Source of the DNA: an uncultured Acidobacteriota bacterium | GTDB taxonomy: Bacteria > Acidobacteriota > UBA6911 | Assembly (NCBI GenBank): GCA_963843575.1 | Contig: CAWJKZ010000008.1 | Location: 1-16,973 of the forward strand | Direction of reading: 5' to 3' | Length of the DNA stretch: 16,973 bases | Shown: one piece after another, positions 9,273 to 16,973 of the stretch | How positions within the stretch are numbered: the stretch's first letter is position 1 | Layout of the letters: every line of letters starts with the position of its first letter | The notes under the pieces: model-generated | What the model saw: only the letters and a program-made list of their open reading frames with translations | What the model was told of the DNA's origin: nothing | Database searches by the model: none | Position numbers and translations under genes: made by a program

Positions 9273-9802
9273 GACACGTTCTGGTCGCCCTGGTACAGGA
9301 TGAACCGGCCATGCTGGCCCGGATGGGCAATCTGTTCGCCCGCCGCGGCTACAACGTCGAGAGCTTTACCGCCGGGGCCTCGGAACTCCCCGAGATGACC
9401 CGCATCACCATCGTCGTCGACGGGCCGAGCACCACGTTCGATCAGGTCGCCAAACAGTTCCGCAAGCTCATCGGGACCGTCAAGGTGGTCGATGTCACCG
9501 ACGACCCGGACCAACTCTCCTATGAAATGCTGCTGATCAAGGTCGGGGTCAACTCCAAGACACGCCAGGAAGTCGTGGGCCTCGCCGACCTCTTCAAGGC
9601 GCGCATCGTGGATATCTCACCGACGACCCTGATGCTGGAAGCCACGGGCGAGCCGGACAAACTGGACAAGTTCCTCGAAGTGCTGCGCCGCTTCGGCATC
9701 AAAGAGCAGGCCCGCACCGGGGCCGTGTTCATGAGCCGCGGCGCCAAGGTCCTCAACCAGCGAGCGATCTCGTCTTCCGACCGCAAGTACCAGGCGGACT
9801 GA
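9269..9802 (+). CDS. ilvN: Acetolactate synthase small regulatory subunit
   Basis: ATGA overlap with the ilvB stop and a GGAGG SD. ACT domain (LF.RRGYN.ES, TRITIVV, KQ.RKLI) plus C-terminal ARIVDIS...EATG..K...FGIKE.ARTG. Confidence 0.93.
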   Translation: MRHVLVALVQDEPAMLARMGNLFARRGYNVESFTAGASELPEMTRITIVVDGPSTTFDQVAKQFRKLIGTVKVVDVTDDPDQLSYEMLLIKVGVNSKTRQEVVGLADLFKARIVDISPTTLMLEATGEPDKLDKFLEVLRRFGIKEQARTGAVFMSRGAKVLNQRAISSSDRKYQAD

Positions 9803-9874
9803 CCCTGGCGGCGCCGCCGCCGCAATTTGTGCCGGGCGCACCCCGCCGGACGGTAGAATACCTGCCGGGCACTC

Positions 9875-10609
9875 ATGAACTACTACAACTACTTTACCGA
9901 GATCGAGGAACACTTCGTCCGGCGGCGCGGGAAACACCTCTACGTCTCGCCCCTGGATTGGAGCCTCATCGCCACCTGGCGCGATTCCGGGGTCCCCCTG
10001 CACGTCGCGCTGCGCGGCATAGACATCGCAATGGACGGCTTCTTCGCACGGTCAGGGCGGATCCAGACCAAGGTCAACACCCTCTTTTTCTGCCACGACG
10101 CCGTCATGACGGAGTACGCCCGCCACCTGGAAACGCATCACGGTGAGACGGAGGGTCCAGAAGCGGCCCCACCGGAAACCGCCGCGCCGGAGCCAGAATC
10201 GGCCGTCCCGTCCAAGGGGGCCATCACACGGTATCTTTCCGACCGGACGGCGGAAATAAGTGCGCTCCGGGAGAAACAATTGGGTCGGGATGGCGAGCTG
10301 CTGGAGAGCCTCGACCGGGTGCGGTCACGCCTGGATGAAATCAGCGCCACGGTCCGCGACGCTCCGGAGGTCGAACTAGAAACACTGGAACGGGACCTGG
10401 CGATCCTCGACGGGGTCCTGACGGAGTCGTTGCAGAACGCTGCCGGCCCGGATCAAAGCTCGGAGTGGGGGAAAGAGGCAAAAAAGGAACTCAAGGTCTA
10501 CAGGAAGCGCCTCCCGAAGGAAACGTACGAGAAGATCCTTGCCAACTTCATCAAGGGCAAGGTGCGCATGTATTTCGAGATCGGCGAACTCAGCCTGTTC
10601 CACCTGTAG
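9875..10609 (+). CDS. Conserved hypothetical protein, 244 aa, possible DnaD-like N-terminal domain
   Basis: Intact ORF with typical GC3 bias. N-terminus NYFTEIEEHF..RRG...SPLDW.LI..W...GVPL..ALRGID, then a Pro/Glu linker and a helical C-terminal part. Confidence 0.85.
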   Translation: MNYYNYFTEIEEHFVRRRGKHLYVSPLDWSLIATWRDSGVPLHVALRGIDIAMDGFFARSGRIQTKVNTLFFCHDAVMTEYARHLETHHGETEGPEAAPPETAAPEPESAVPSKGAITRYLSDRTAEISALREKQLGRDGELLESLDRVRSRLDEISATVRDAPEVELETLERDLAILDGVLTESLQNAAGPDQSSEWGKEAKKELKVYRKRLPKETYEKILANFIKGKVRMYFEIGELSLFHL

Positions 10610-10652
10610 GCGGGCACACGACGCCGGAAGGCCCGGGAAGGATGACACAGAC

Positions 10653-11924
10653 GTGACTTCAGGGACGCGACACAGATCAGCCGAGGGTCCTGCCCCGGCA
10701 CCGGAGTTTCAGGTCCGCATAGAGAAGGTGGTTTACGGCGGCGATGGGCTGGGCCGCGCACAGGGGAAGGTGGTGTTCGTGCCCTTTTCCGTGCCCGGCG
10801 ACCTTCTGCGAGTGCGAGCCGTCGAGCGGAAGAAGAATTTCCTGCGGGCGGCGATCGTGGCAGTCCTCGAACCGGGACCGGGACGACAGCAGCCTCCTTG
10901 CCCCTATTTCGGCGTGTGCGGCGGCTGCCAGTGGCAGCAACTGGAGTACGCGCGACAGGTGGAGACGAAGCGGCAAATCCTGGAGGAGACAGTCCGGCAC
11001 CATTTTCCCGCCACCCGCAACCTGCTCATCCCCATGAAGGCCTCGCCCGCCGATTACCACTACCGCTCCCGGGCCCGCCTCCAGATCCGGGGGAGCGAGG
11101 CGCCGCGGACCGTCGGCTTCTTCAAGTTCCGCAGCCACGACGTCGAGGACATCCGAAGCTGTCCGCTGCTGCAGCCCACCTTGAACGAAGCCCTCGCCGC
11201 GGTTCGGACGCGGGCACAAGACCCGGGGCCGGCGCCGCAGGAAGTGGACATCGCCTGCTCCGAGGAGAACCGGCGATGGCATTCGGCGGCCTGCGACCTG
11301 CCGGCCGGCGAAGGGTCGTCCGGGCGCGACGGCGCGGCGGCGCCCACACCGCCCCTGCTCCGCAGGACCGTCGGCGAGTTCGCCTACGCCGTGGCGCCCG
11401 GCGTCTTTTTTCAGGCCAACGATTTCACCATAGCCGACCTGACCGGCACCGTCGCCGGACTGGCGCAAGGCCGGGGGAACCGGGCCGCGTTGGACCTGTA
11501 CTGCGGGGCGGGACTGCTGTCGCTCCCGCTGGCGCGCCTGTTCGAAAGCGTGACCGCGGTGGAGAGCTCGCCCGAGGCGTCCGCGCTCTGCAGCTACAAC
11601 GCCGAGGCCGCGGGCTTGCGGGACGTCAGGGTGGTCTGCGCCGAGGTGGAGCGCTGGATGGCCGCAGTCGGTTCCGTATCGCCGCCGGGATTCGACCTGG
11701 TTGTCCTGGACCCTCCCAGAGCAGGTGCTGGGATCGAGGTCATGGCACGCATCAGGGAGTGGGCGCCCGAGACGATAGTCTACGTGTCGTGCGACCCGCA
11801 GACCATGTGCAGGGATCTGGCCGCGTTGCCCGAGCAGAATTACACGATCGACGAGGTCCTGGGCATCGACTTCTTCCCGCAGACGTACCACTTCGAGAGC
11901 ATCGTGCGGCTCGCGCGCCGCTGA
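10653..11924 (+). CDS. TRAM-domain m5U RNA methyltransferase (RlmD/TrmA family)
   Basis: TRAM domain (IEKVVYGGDGL..VFVP...PGD), Fe-S cysteines CPYFGVCGGCQWQ...CP, FFQAN, SAM motif DLYCGAG, DPPRAG, catalytic YVSCDP, DFFPQTYHFE. GTG start is inferred. Confidence 0.92.
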   Translation: MTSGTRHRSAEGPAPAPEFQVRIEKVVYGGDGLGRAQGKVVFVPFSVPGDLLRVRAVERKKNFLRAAIVAVLEPGPGRQQPPCPYFGVCGGCQWQQLEYARQVETKRQILEETVRHHFPATRNLLIPMKASPADYHYRSRARLQIRGSEAPRTVGFFKFRSHDVEDIRSCPLLQPTLNEALAAVRTRAQDPGPAPQEVDIACSEENRRWHSAACDLPAGEGSSGRDGAAAPTPPLLRRTVGEFAYAVAPGVFFQANDFTIADLTGTVAGLAQGRGNRAALDLYCGAGLLSLPLARLFESVTAVESSPEASALCSYNAEAAGLRDVRVVCAEVERWMAAVGSVSPPGFDLVVLDPPRAGAGIEVMARIREWAPETIVYVSCDPQTMCRDLAALPEQNYTIDEVLGIDFFPQTYHFESIVRLARR

Positions 11925-11989
11925 GGCTGGCTAGGCCAGGGCCGCGCCGGCCCGCCGATCCCGTCCCATCAGCGCGCCCGGGAGAACCA

Positions 11990-14671
11990 ATGGCGGGCCG
12001 CTGGGGAGAAGCACCGTTCGCCGCGCTTTCGGCCGCTTTGGCGCTGGGCATAGGGCTCGCGCAGCTTGCCGACCGCTGCTGGTTCGCGGGGGCCGCTCTC
12101 GCGTGTCTCGCCACCGTCGCGGGCGCAACCTGCTCGGCGCGCGCAGGACGGCAGGCGCTTGCCCTGTGGCTCGCCCTCTGTGCCATCACCCAGGGCGGCG
12201 CCCTCCTGGCACTCGCCCGCCGCGAAGGCTATCCTGACCGCGACGTACGCGCCCTGCTCTCCCGCGGCGCACTTCCCCTGAACCAGCCGGTCGGGTTCGA
12301 CGCGTGTGTCACGGAGGAACGGTCCAGGGACGGCAACGAGATCGTGCTCCGGATGGACCTGCGGGCGCTGCGGGTGCGGCAATTCTGGGAGCCGTCCCGG
12401 GGAGGTATCCTGATCAGGATACCCGCCGATCCCAATCAGGACCAGATCGGGCAAGACAGGTTCCCGCGCTACGGCGACCGTATCCGCGGGTGGGGGATGT
12501 TCGACCTGAGGCGTGACTTCGCCAACCCGGGCAGCGCAGACCGGCGCGAGGCCCTGGCCCGCCGTGGTGTCTTCCTGGTCGGCCGTGTCAAATCGTCGCT
12601 CCTGCTCGAACGGGTCCCCGGGGATTGCAGCGGCTGGTGGGATACGGCGGCGGTTGCCGTGCGCCGCCGGCTCGAAACGCGGCTGACGCAGTTGGCCGCC
12701 CGAGGTGAAACGCGCGAAGCCGCGATCCTGGCCAGCATCCTGGTCGGCAACTATTCCGAATTGGACGGCGCCACCCGCGACGCCTTCCAGAACTCGGGAA
12801 CGTTTCACGTCCTGGTCGTCTCAGGCCTGCACGTGGGCTGGCTCGCCTGGGCGCTCATGCAGCTCCTCAGGCTCGCCCGCTGCCCGGACCTGCCCGGCCG
12901 CCTTGCGGTAGCGGCGGCCATCCTGTTCTACACCTCCGTCGTCGGATTCCAGGCCAGCATCTCGCGCTCGTTCTGGATGTTTTTCCTCTATGTCTGCGGT
13001 CAGGCGCTGTCGAGGAGATCCTCCCCGGTGAATATCGCGGGCGCGTCGGCCTTCGTGCTGCTGGCCGCAAACCCCGACTGGCTCTTCGATGCCGGATTCC
13101 AGCTGTCGTTCCTCTCCGTCCTGGCCATCTGCCTGCTCGGAGCGCCCGTCGTCGACTCGGTGCTTCGCCCCGTATTCGACCCGCTGCGCAGGGAAACGGC
13201 CGCCCTCGGGCGTCGTTTCGGCACCACGGCCGCGGACCGTTTGGGGCGCCGCTGCCGAGTCAGAGTCGACATGTTCGCGGAGAGCTGCGGGGAATACGTG
13301 GGTCCGATCTTCGAAGGCGCATTCCGGGCGGGGACGCGGTGGGTGGCGAAAGGCGCCTTCGTGCTCGCGGGGATGCTGGTCATCTCGCTGTCGGTTCAAC
13401 TGTGGATCGAGCCTGTCCTGGCCTGCCGCTACAACCGCCTCAGCTGGATCGCCCCGCTGGCCAACCTCGCGATCGTGCCGTTGTCCTCGGTGGTGCTGGC
13501 CGCCGGGATTGCCGCCGCGCTCACCACCGGGATTCCGCACGTCTCCGCCCCCTGCCTGGACCTTGCCGCGCTCCTCGCCTCCTCCCTGTTCCGGATCACG
13601 CAAGCCACGGCAGCGCTGCCGTCGGGCTGGCAGCGCTGCCCGACACCCGCCTGGGGTTGGGCGGCGGCCACTGCCCTGCTGCTCGCCGGCTGGACTGTCG
13701 CGGGCCTGCGCCGGGTCTGGTTCCCCTGCGCGTGCAGCGGCGCCCTCTTGCTCGCCCTGGCCGCCGGCCGCGCCCCGTCCTGGCTCAAACCGAACGACCC
13801 GGCGACGGGACAGGAAACGCTCGTCCCGCAGGGCGCGAACACGCCCGTCTTGACCTTGACCTTCCTCGATGTGGGCCAGGGGGACTGCACCGTGGTGCGT
13901 TTCCCCGGCGGCAGGGTTTGGGTTGTCGACGCGGGAGGCATGCGCCAGGAGATTTCCCCGGCGGGGGCGGGCAACGTGTTCGACGTCGGCGAAGCCGTCG
14001 TGAGCCGCTACCTGTGGCACGGCTGGGTCTGCGGCCTCGACCGGGTGCTCGTCACCCACCCCCACCAGGACCACGCAGGAGGCGTGAACGCTCTCTTGCG
14101 GAATTTTCGCGTCGGCGGCTTCGAATACGGGAACCCGGACCCGCTGCTGTCCCGGGTGCTGGAGACAGCCTCCGCGCGCGGCGTGCCGTGCCGCACCGCG
14201 CGCACCGGGGAGGTGCGCCGGTTCGGGGCCGCCGAGGTCGAAACGCTGTGCCCGCCGCCAGGGCAGGAGGCCGCAGCCGCAAACGAGAGCTCCATCGTGC
14301 TGCGCATTACCTTCGGGGAGTTCAGTGCCCTGCTCACGGGAGACATGGAAAAGTCCGAAGAGGCGTACCTGGTTGGGCGACCCCTTCCGATCCGCAGCAC
14401 GCTGCTCAAGGTGGCGCACCATGGCAGCCGCTACGCGACCCTCGACCCGATGCTCGAACGGATCCGGCCGCGGTGGGCGGTGATCTCGGCCGGGAGGAAC
14501 AACCCCTTCGGCGTCCCGTCGCGGGATCTGCTGATGCGCTTGTTGCGCCGCGGCGCGCGACCGCTCCTGACGATGGACCAGGGGGCGATTTCGCTAGCGA
14601 CCGACGGCAGCAGCTACGTGCTGAGGAGCCACGTCGCCGGCCTTCTGGAGGCGGGCCGGCTCACCCGCTAA
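11990..14671 (+). CDS. comEC: DNA internalisation competence protein ComEC/Rec2
   Basis: ATG 11990 after GGGAG. N-terminal TM and OB region (RYGDRI...ANPG), competence domain (G..HVLVVSGLHV, GFQLSF, LANL) and metallo-beta-lactamase domain (LDVGQGD, THPHQDH, LLTGD, LKVAHHGS, ISAGRNNPFG). Confidence 0.95.
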   Translation: MAGRWGEAPFAALSAALALGIGLAQLADRCWFAGAALACLATVAGATCSARAGRQALALWLALCAITQGGALLALARREGYPDRDVRALLSRGALPLNQPVGFDACVTEERSRDGNEIVLRMDLRALRVRQFWEPSRGGILIRIPADPNQDQIGQDRFPRYGDRIRGWGMFDLRRDFANPGSADRREALARRGVFLVGRVKSSLLLERVPGDCSGWWDTAAVAVRRRLETRLTQLAARGETREAAILASILVGNYSELDGATRDAFQNSGTFHVLVVSGLHVGWLAWALMQLLRLARCPDLPGRLAVAAAILFYTSVVGFQASISRSFWMFFLYVCGQALSRRSSPVNIAGASAFVLLAANPDWLFDAGFQLSFLSVLAICLLGAPVVDSVLRPVFDPLRRETAALGRRFGTTAADRLGRRCRVRVDMFAESCGEYVGPIFEGAFRAGTRWVAKGAFVLAGMLVISLSVQLWIEPVLACRYNRLSWIAPLANLAIVPLSSVVLAAGIAAALTTGIPHVSAPCLDLAALLASSLFRITQATAALPSGWQRCPTPAWGWAAATALLLAGWTVAGLRRVWFPCACSGALLLALAAGRAPSWLKPNDPATGQETLVPQGANTPVLTLTFLDVGQGDCTVVRFPGGRVWVVDAGGMRQEISPAGAGNVFDVGEAVVSRYLWHGWVCGLDRVLVTHPHQDHAGGVNALLRNFRVGGFEYGNPDPLLSRVLETASARGVPCRTARTGEVRRFGAAEVETLCPPPGQEAAAANESSIVLRITFGEFSALLTGDMEKSEEAYLVGRPLPIRSTLLKVAHHGSRYATLDPMLERIRPRWAVISAGRNNPFGVPSRDLLMRLLRRGARPLLTMDQGAISLATDGSSYVLRSHVAGLLEAGRLTR

Positions 14672-14677
14672 ACCCCC

Positions 14678-14705
14678 TTGTGGCGCCCGAGGGTTCATGT
14701 AAGAT
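14678..14705 (+). promoter_or_regulatory. Putative sigma70 promoter for the PIG-L deacetylase gene
   Basis: TTGTGG (14678-14683), 16-nt spacer, TAAGAT (14700-14705), then an AGGAGG SD before ATG 14747. Confidence 0.35.
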
Positions 14706-14746
14706 GAAGAGTTTGTGCCCCGGCCAAAATCTACCAGGAGGAAGCA

Positions 14747-15637
14747 ATGCGCAAGTTTGTCGTGGTATCCGGTCTCGTTTTTCTTTTTGTCGGACTCGTT
14801 CTCTCAGCGGCCATAGGCCAGGAGAAAAAATTGAACATCATTGCTTTCGGGGCTCACCCCGACGATTGTGACCAGGGCGCAGGCGGCGTGGCGGCCAAGT
14901 ACGCCGCCCTCGGGCACAAGGTCCGCTTCGTGTCGCTGACCAACGGCGATGCGGGACACCAGTCGGAAGGCGGCGGCGCACTCGCCACCCGGCGCAGGGC
15001 CGAGGCCAAGGAGGCCGGCCGCAGAATTGGCATCGAATACATCACGCTGGACAACCACGACGGGGAGCTGCTCCCCACCCTGGAGGCGCGCCAACAGGTC
15101 ATCCGCCAGATGCGCTTGTGGAACGCCGATCTGGTGCTGGCGCCCCGCCCCAACGACTATCACCCCGACCACCGCTACACCGGCATCCTCGTGCAGGACG
15201 CCGCCTACATGGTGACGGTCCCCAACGTCTGCCCCGACACCCCTTCGCTGCGTAAGAACCCGGTGTTCATGTACTTCCAGGATGGGTTCCAGAAGCCCTA
15301 TCCGTTCCGCCCAGACGTTTCCATCATCATCGACGACGTGATGGACAAGAAGTTCAGCATGTACGACGCGCACGTCTCCCAGATGTACGAGTGGCTGCCG
15401 TGGCACGACGGCCTGCTGAACCAGGTCCCGAAGGACCCTGCCGCGCGGATCGAGTGGATGAAGAAGTGGCGCAACGAGGAGAGGGACGTGACCCCGGCCG
15501 TGCGCCAGTGCCTGACCAAGTGGTACGGCGCCGAACCCGCCCGCAACGCCCGGTTCGCCGAGTCTTTCGAGGTGTGCGAGTACGGGACACAGCCCGACGA
15601 GCAGATGCTGCGCAGGCTGTTCCCCTTCCTGCCCTGA
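14747..15637 (+). CDS. PIG-L/LmbE family deacetylase with predicted N-terminal signal peptide
   Basis: GAHPDD metal motif, LTNGDAG, RRAEA..A, DYHPDH, AESFE. N-terminus MRK + hydrophobic stretch + AIG-QEK. Confidence 0.92.
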   Translation: MRKFVVVSGLVFLFVGLVLSAAIGQEKKLNIIAFGAHPDDCDQGAGGVAAKYAALGHKVRFVSLTNGDAGHQSEGGGALATRRRAEAKEAGRRIGIEYITLDNHDGELLPTLEARQQVIRQMRLWNADLVLAPRPNDYHPDHRYTGILVQDAAYMVTVPNVCPDTPSLRKNPVFMYFQDGFQKPYPFRPDVSIIIDDVMDKKFSMYDAHVSQMYEWLPWHDGLLNQVPKDPAARIEWMKKWRNEERDVTPAVRQCLTKWYGAEPARNARFAESFEVCEYGTQPDEQMLRRLFPFLP

Positions 15638-15641
15638 AGAG

Positions 15642-15694
15642 CAGAAGCCGGAAGCCGGGAGCCGGAATTTCCGGCTTCAGGCTTCCGGCTCCTG
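15642..15694. terminator. 25-bp hairpin built from heptamer repeats; possible (bidirectional) terminator between convergent genes
   Basis: cagaagccggaagccgggagccgga / att / tccggcttcaggcttccggctcctg, 22 of 25 Watson-Crick pairs, followed by tattgtt, 4 nt after the deacetylase stop. Confidence 0.55.
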
Positions 15695-15818
15695 TATTGT
15701 TACGCGAACGCGGCCGGTGGCTGGGTCGATCCGTGTGGATCCGCGCAAATCCGCATCCCGAAAAACCGGGTCGGAGACGAGCGGATGCTGCGGCATAAGC
15801 CCCGGCTTCCGGCTTCTG
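15642..15818. repeat. Intergenic element bounded by a perfect 18-bp inverted repeat, with internal 10-bp periodic repeats
   Basis: 15642-15659 CAGAAGCCGGAAGCCGGG is the reverse complement of 15801-15818 CCCGGCTTCCGGCTTCTG. ATCCG recurs at 15729, 15739 and 15749. Confidence 0.8.
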
Positions 15819-15823
15819 TCTCA

Positions 15824-16828
15824 TTAGGCCGTCGGCTGGGGCTTGTAAGAGAGCACGGCGCGCATGTACTGGGCACGCTCGAAGGCGGCCGGGTCGGAGC
15901 AGTACTTCTGGCTCATACTTCCCTGCAGCTGCGCGACCGACTCGTAATCGTGCTCGGCCATCCATTCGGCCATGGCCGTTTCGATCGTGCGGATGTGGTC
16001 GATGCCGTGGCGCAGCAGCGCAGAGCAGAGCATGGCGACGTCGGCCCCGGCCATCAGCACTTTCAAGACGTCCTGGGCGCCGTGGATACCGCTGGTCGCG
16101 GCCAGGCTGGCCTTGACGCGGTCATACAGGATCGCGATCCAGCGCAGCGGCAGCCGCATGGCCTGCGGAGTGCTGAGCAGGACGTTGGGCTTGATCTCGA
16201 GCGTCTCGAGATCGATATCGGGCTGATAGAACCGGTTGAACAGCACCAGCGCGTTAACCCCCGTCTGGTCCAGCCGACGGGCCACGTTGGCCATGCTGCT
16301 GAAAAAGGGGCTCAGCTTCAGGGCCACGGGCAGGCTCACCACGGATTTTACCGCTTTGGCAATGTCGACATAGGTCTGCTCGACCTGGGCGGCGCCCTGT
16401 TCCATCTCCGTCGGAATATAATAGATGTTCAATTCGAGCGCATCCGCGCCCGCCTGCTGCATCTTTTTGGCGTAGTCGACCCAACCTCCGATCGAGGTGC
16501 CGTTGAGGCTTGCGATCACCGGGATCTTCACCGCTTCCTTTGCCTTCCGTATGTGATTCAGGTAACCCTCGGGCCCGACCGGGAACTCCTCCGGGGCCGG
16601 CAGGAAGGATTGCGCTTCGGCGAACGCGTCGGTGCTGAACATCAGGTGGTGTTGCAGAGCTTCCTGTTCGCGCGTCAACTGCTCTTCGAAAAGAGAATGA
16701 AGCACGACCGCCGACGCTCCCGCATCCTCCATGCGGCGGATGTTATCGAGGCTATCCGACAATGGCGAAGCCGATGGGACGAGCGGAGTGCGCAGCGTCA
16801 TACCCATGTATCGAGTGGTTAAATCCAT
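15824..16828 (-). CDS. Dihydroorotate dehydrogenase-like FMN protein (the family often encoded next to pyruvate:ferredoxin oxidoreductase)
   Basis: MDLTTRYMG..LRTPLVPSASPL, VVLHSLFEEQL, IPVIASLNG, ADALELNIY, KLSPFFS, LVLFNRFYQPDID, LPLRWIAIL, FERAQYM. AAGGGAG SD before ATG 16828. Confidence 0.92.
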   Translation of the reverse strand: MDLTTRYMGMTLRTPLVPSASPLSDSLDNIRRMEDAGASAVVLHSLFEEQLTREQEALQHHLMFSTDAFAEAQSFLPAPEEFPVGPEGYLNHIRKAKEAVKIPVIASLNGTSIGGWVDYAKKMQQAGADALELNIYYIPTEMEQGAAQVEQTYVDIAKAVKSVVSLPVALKLSPFFSSMANVARRLDQTGVNALVLFNRFYQPDIDLETLEIKPNVLLSTPQAMRLPLRWIAILYDRVKASLAATSGIHGAQDVLKVLMAGADVAMLCSALLRHGIDHIRTIETAMAEWMAEHDYESVAQLQGSMSQKYCSDPAAFERAQYMRAVLSYKPQPTA

Positions 16829-16923
16829 TATGTATTCTCCCTTGTGATGCTTTGGACGAGAAAGTGCCTCATTCCTTATGAAACGGACCTTCAATAATCT
16901 CAAAAAACAGTGCGATTCAGAAG

Positions 16924-16973
16924 CTAATTCGGAACCTCCAGCTCGGTCTTGACGACGCCCGATTCCAGTCCGT
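16924..16973 (-). CDS. Possible 3' end of an upstream gene (partial)
   Basis: Minus strand reads ...GLESGVVKTELEVPN* (TAG 16926-16924) with GC-rich codons, followed by an AT-rich spacer. Too short to identify. Confidence 0.35.
   Translation of the reverse strand, partial: GLESGVVKTELEVPN

Noticed and set aside
10642-10656. Mini-ORF MTQT* whose TGA overlaps the methyltransferase GTG
   Set aside because: Four codons can arise by chance or from a single indel error, and there is no independent support for translational coupling.
10898-11989. 364-codon N-terminal extension of the 1257-aa ORF overlapping the methyltransferase
   Set aside because: Arg/Pro/Ala-rich off-frame read-through typical of high-GC DNA. 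ComEC has its own SD and ATG at 11990, and the methyltransferase is complete in another frame.
15642-15818. CRISPR array or autonomous IS
   Set aside because: The repeats are short heptamers and decamers without unique spacers, and no cas or transposase gene is present in the window.

Overview
GC-rich bacterial chromosomal window, possibly Acidobacteriota judging from the two conserved hypothetical genes (inference). It is densely packed with mostly housekeeping genes: the 3' end of a Mut7-C RNase-domain gene, rnr (RNase R), selA, an MXAN_5187-C-terminal-like hypothetical, a cold-shock protein, purH, a DUF2914 membrane protein, ilvB-ilvN, a possibly DnaD-like hypothetical, an RlmD/TrmA-family methyltransferase, comEC/rec2, an exported PIG-L family deacetylase and a dihydroorotate dehydrogenase-like flavoprotein. 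rnr, selA and the DUF2914 gene are each broken by many frameshifts, mostly +1, which look like read errors rather than true decay. I see no tRNA, rRNA, CRISPR array, transposase, phage or defence gene, and I cannot support a clearly novel multi-gene system. The best leads are a nested-repeat intergenic element at 15642-15818, a structured csp leader, the DnaD-like orphan ahead of the methyltransferase-comEC pair, and an IlvN with substitutions in its valine-binding loop.
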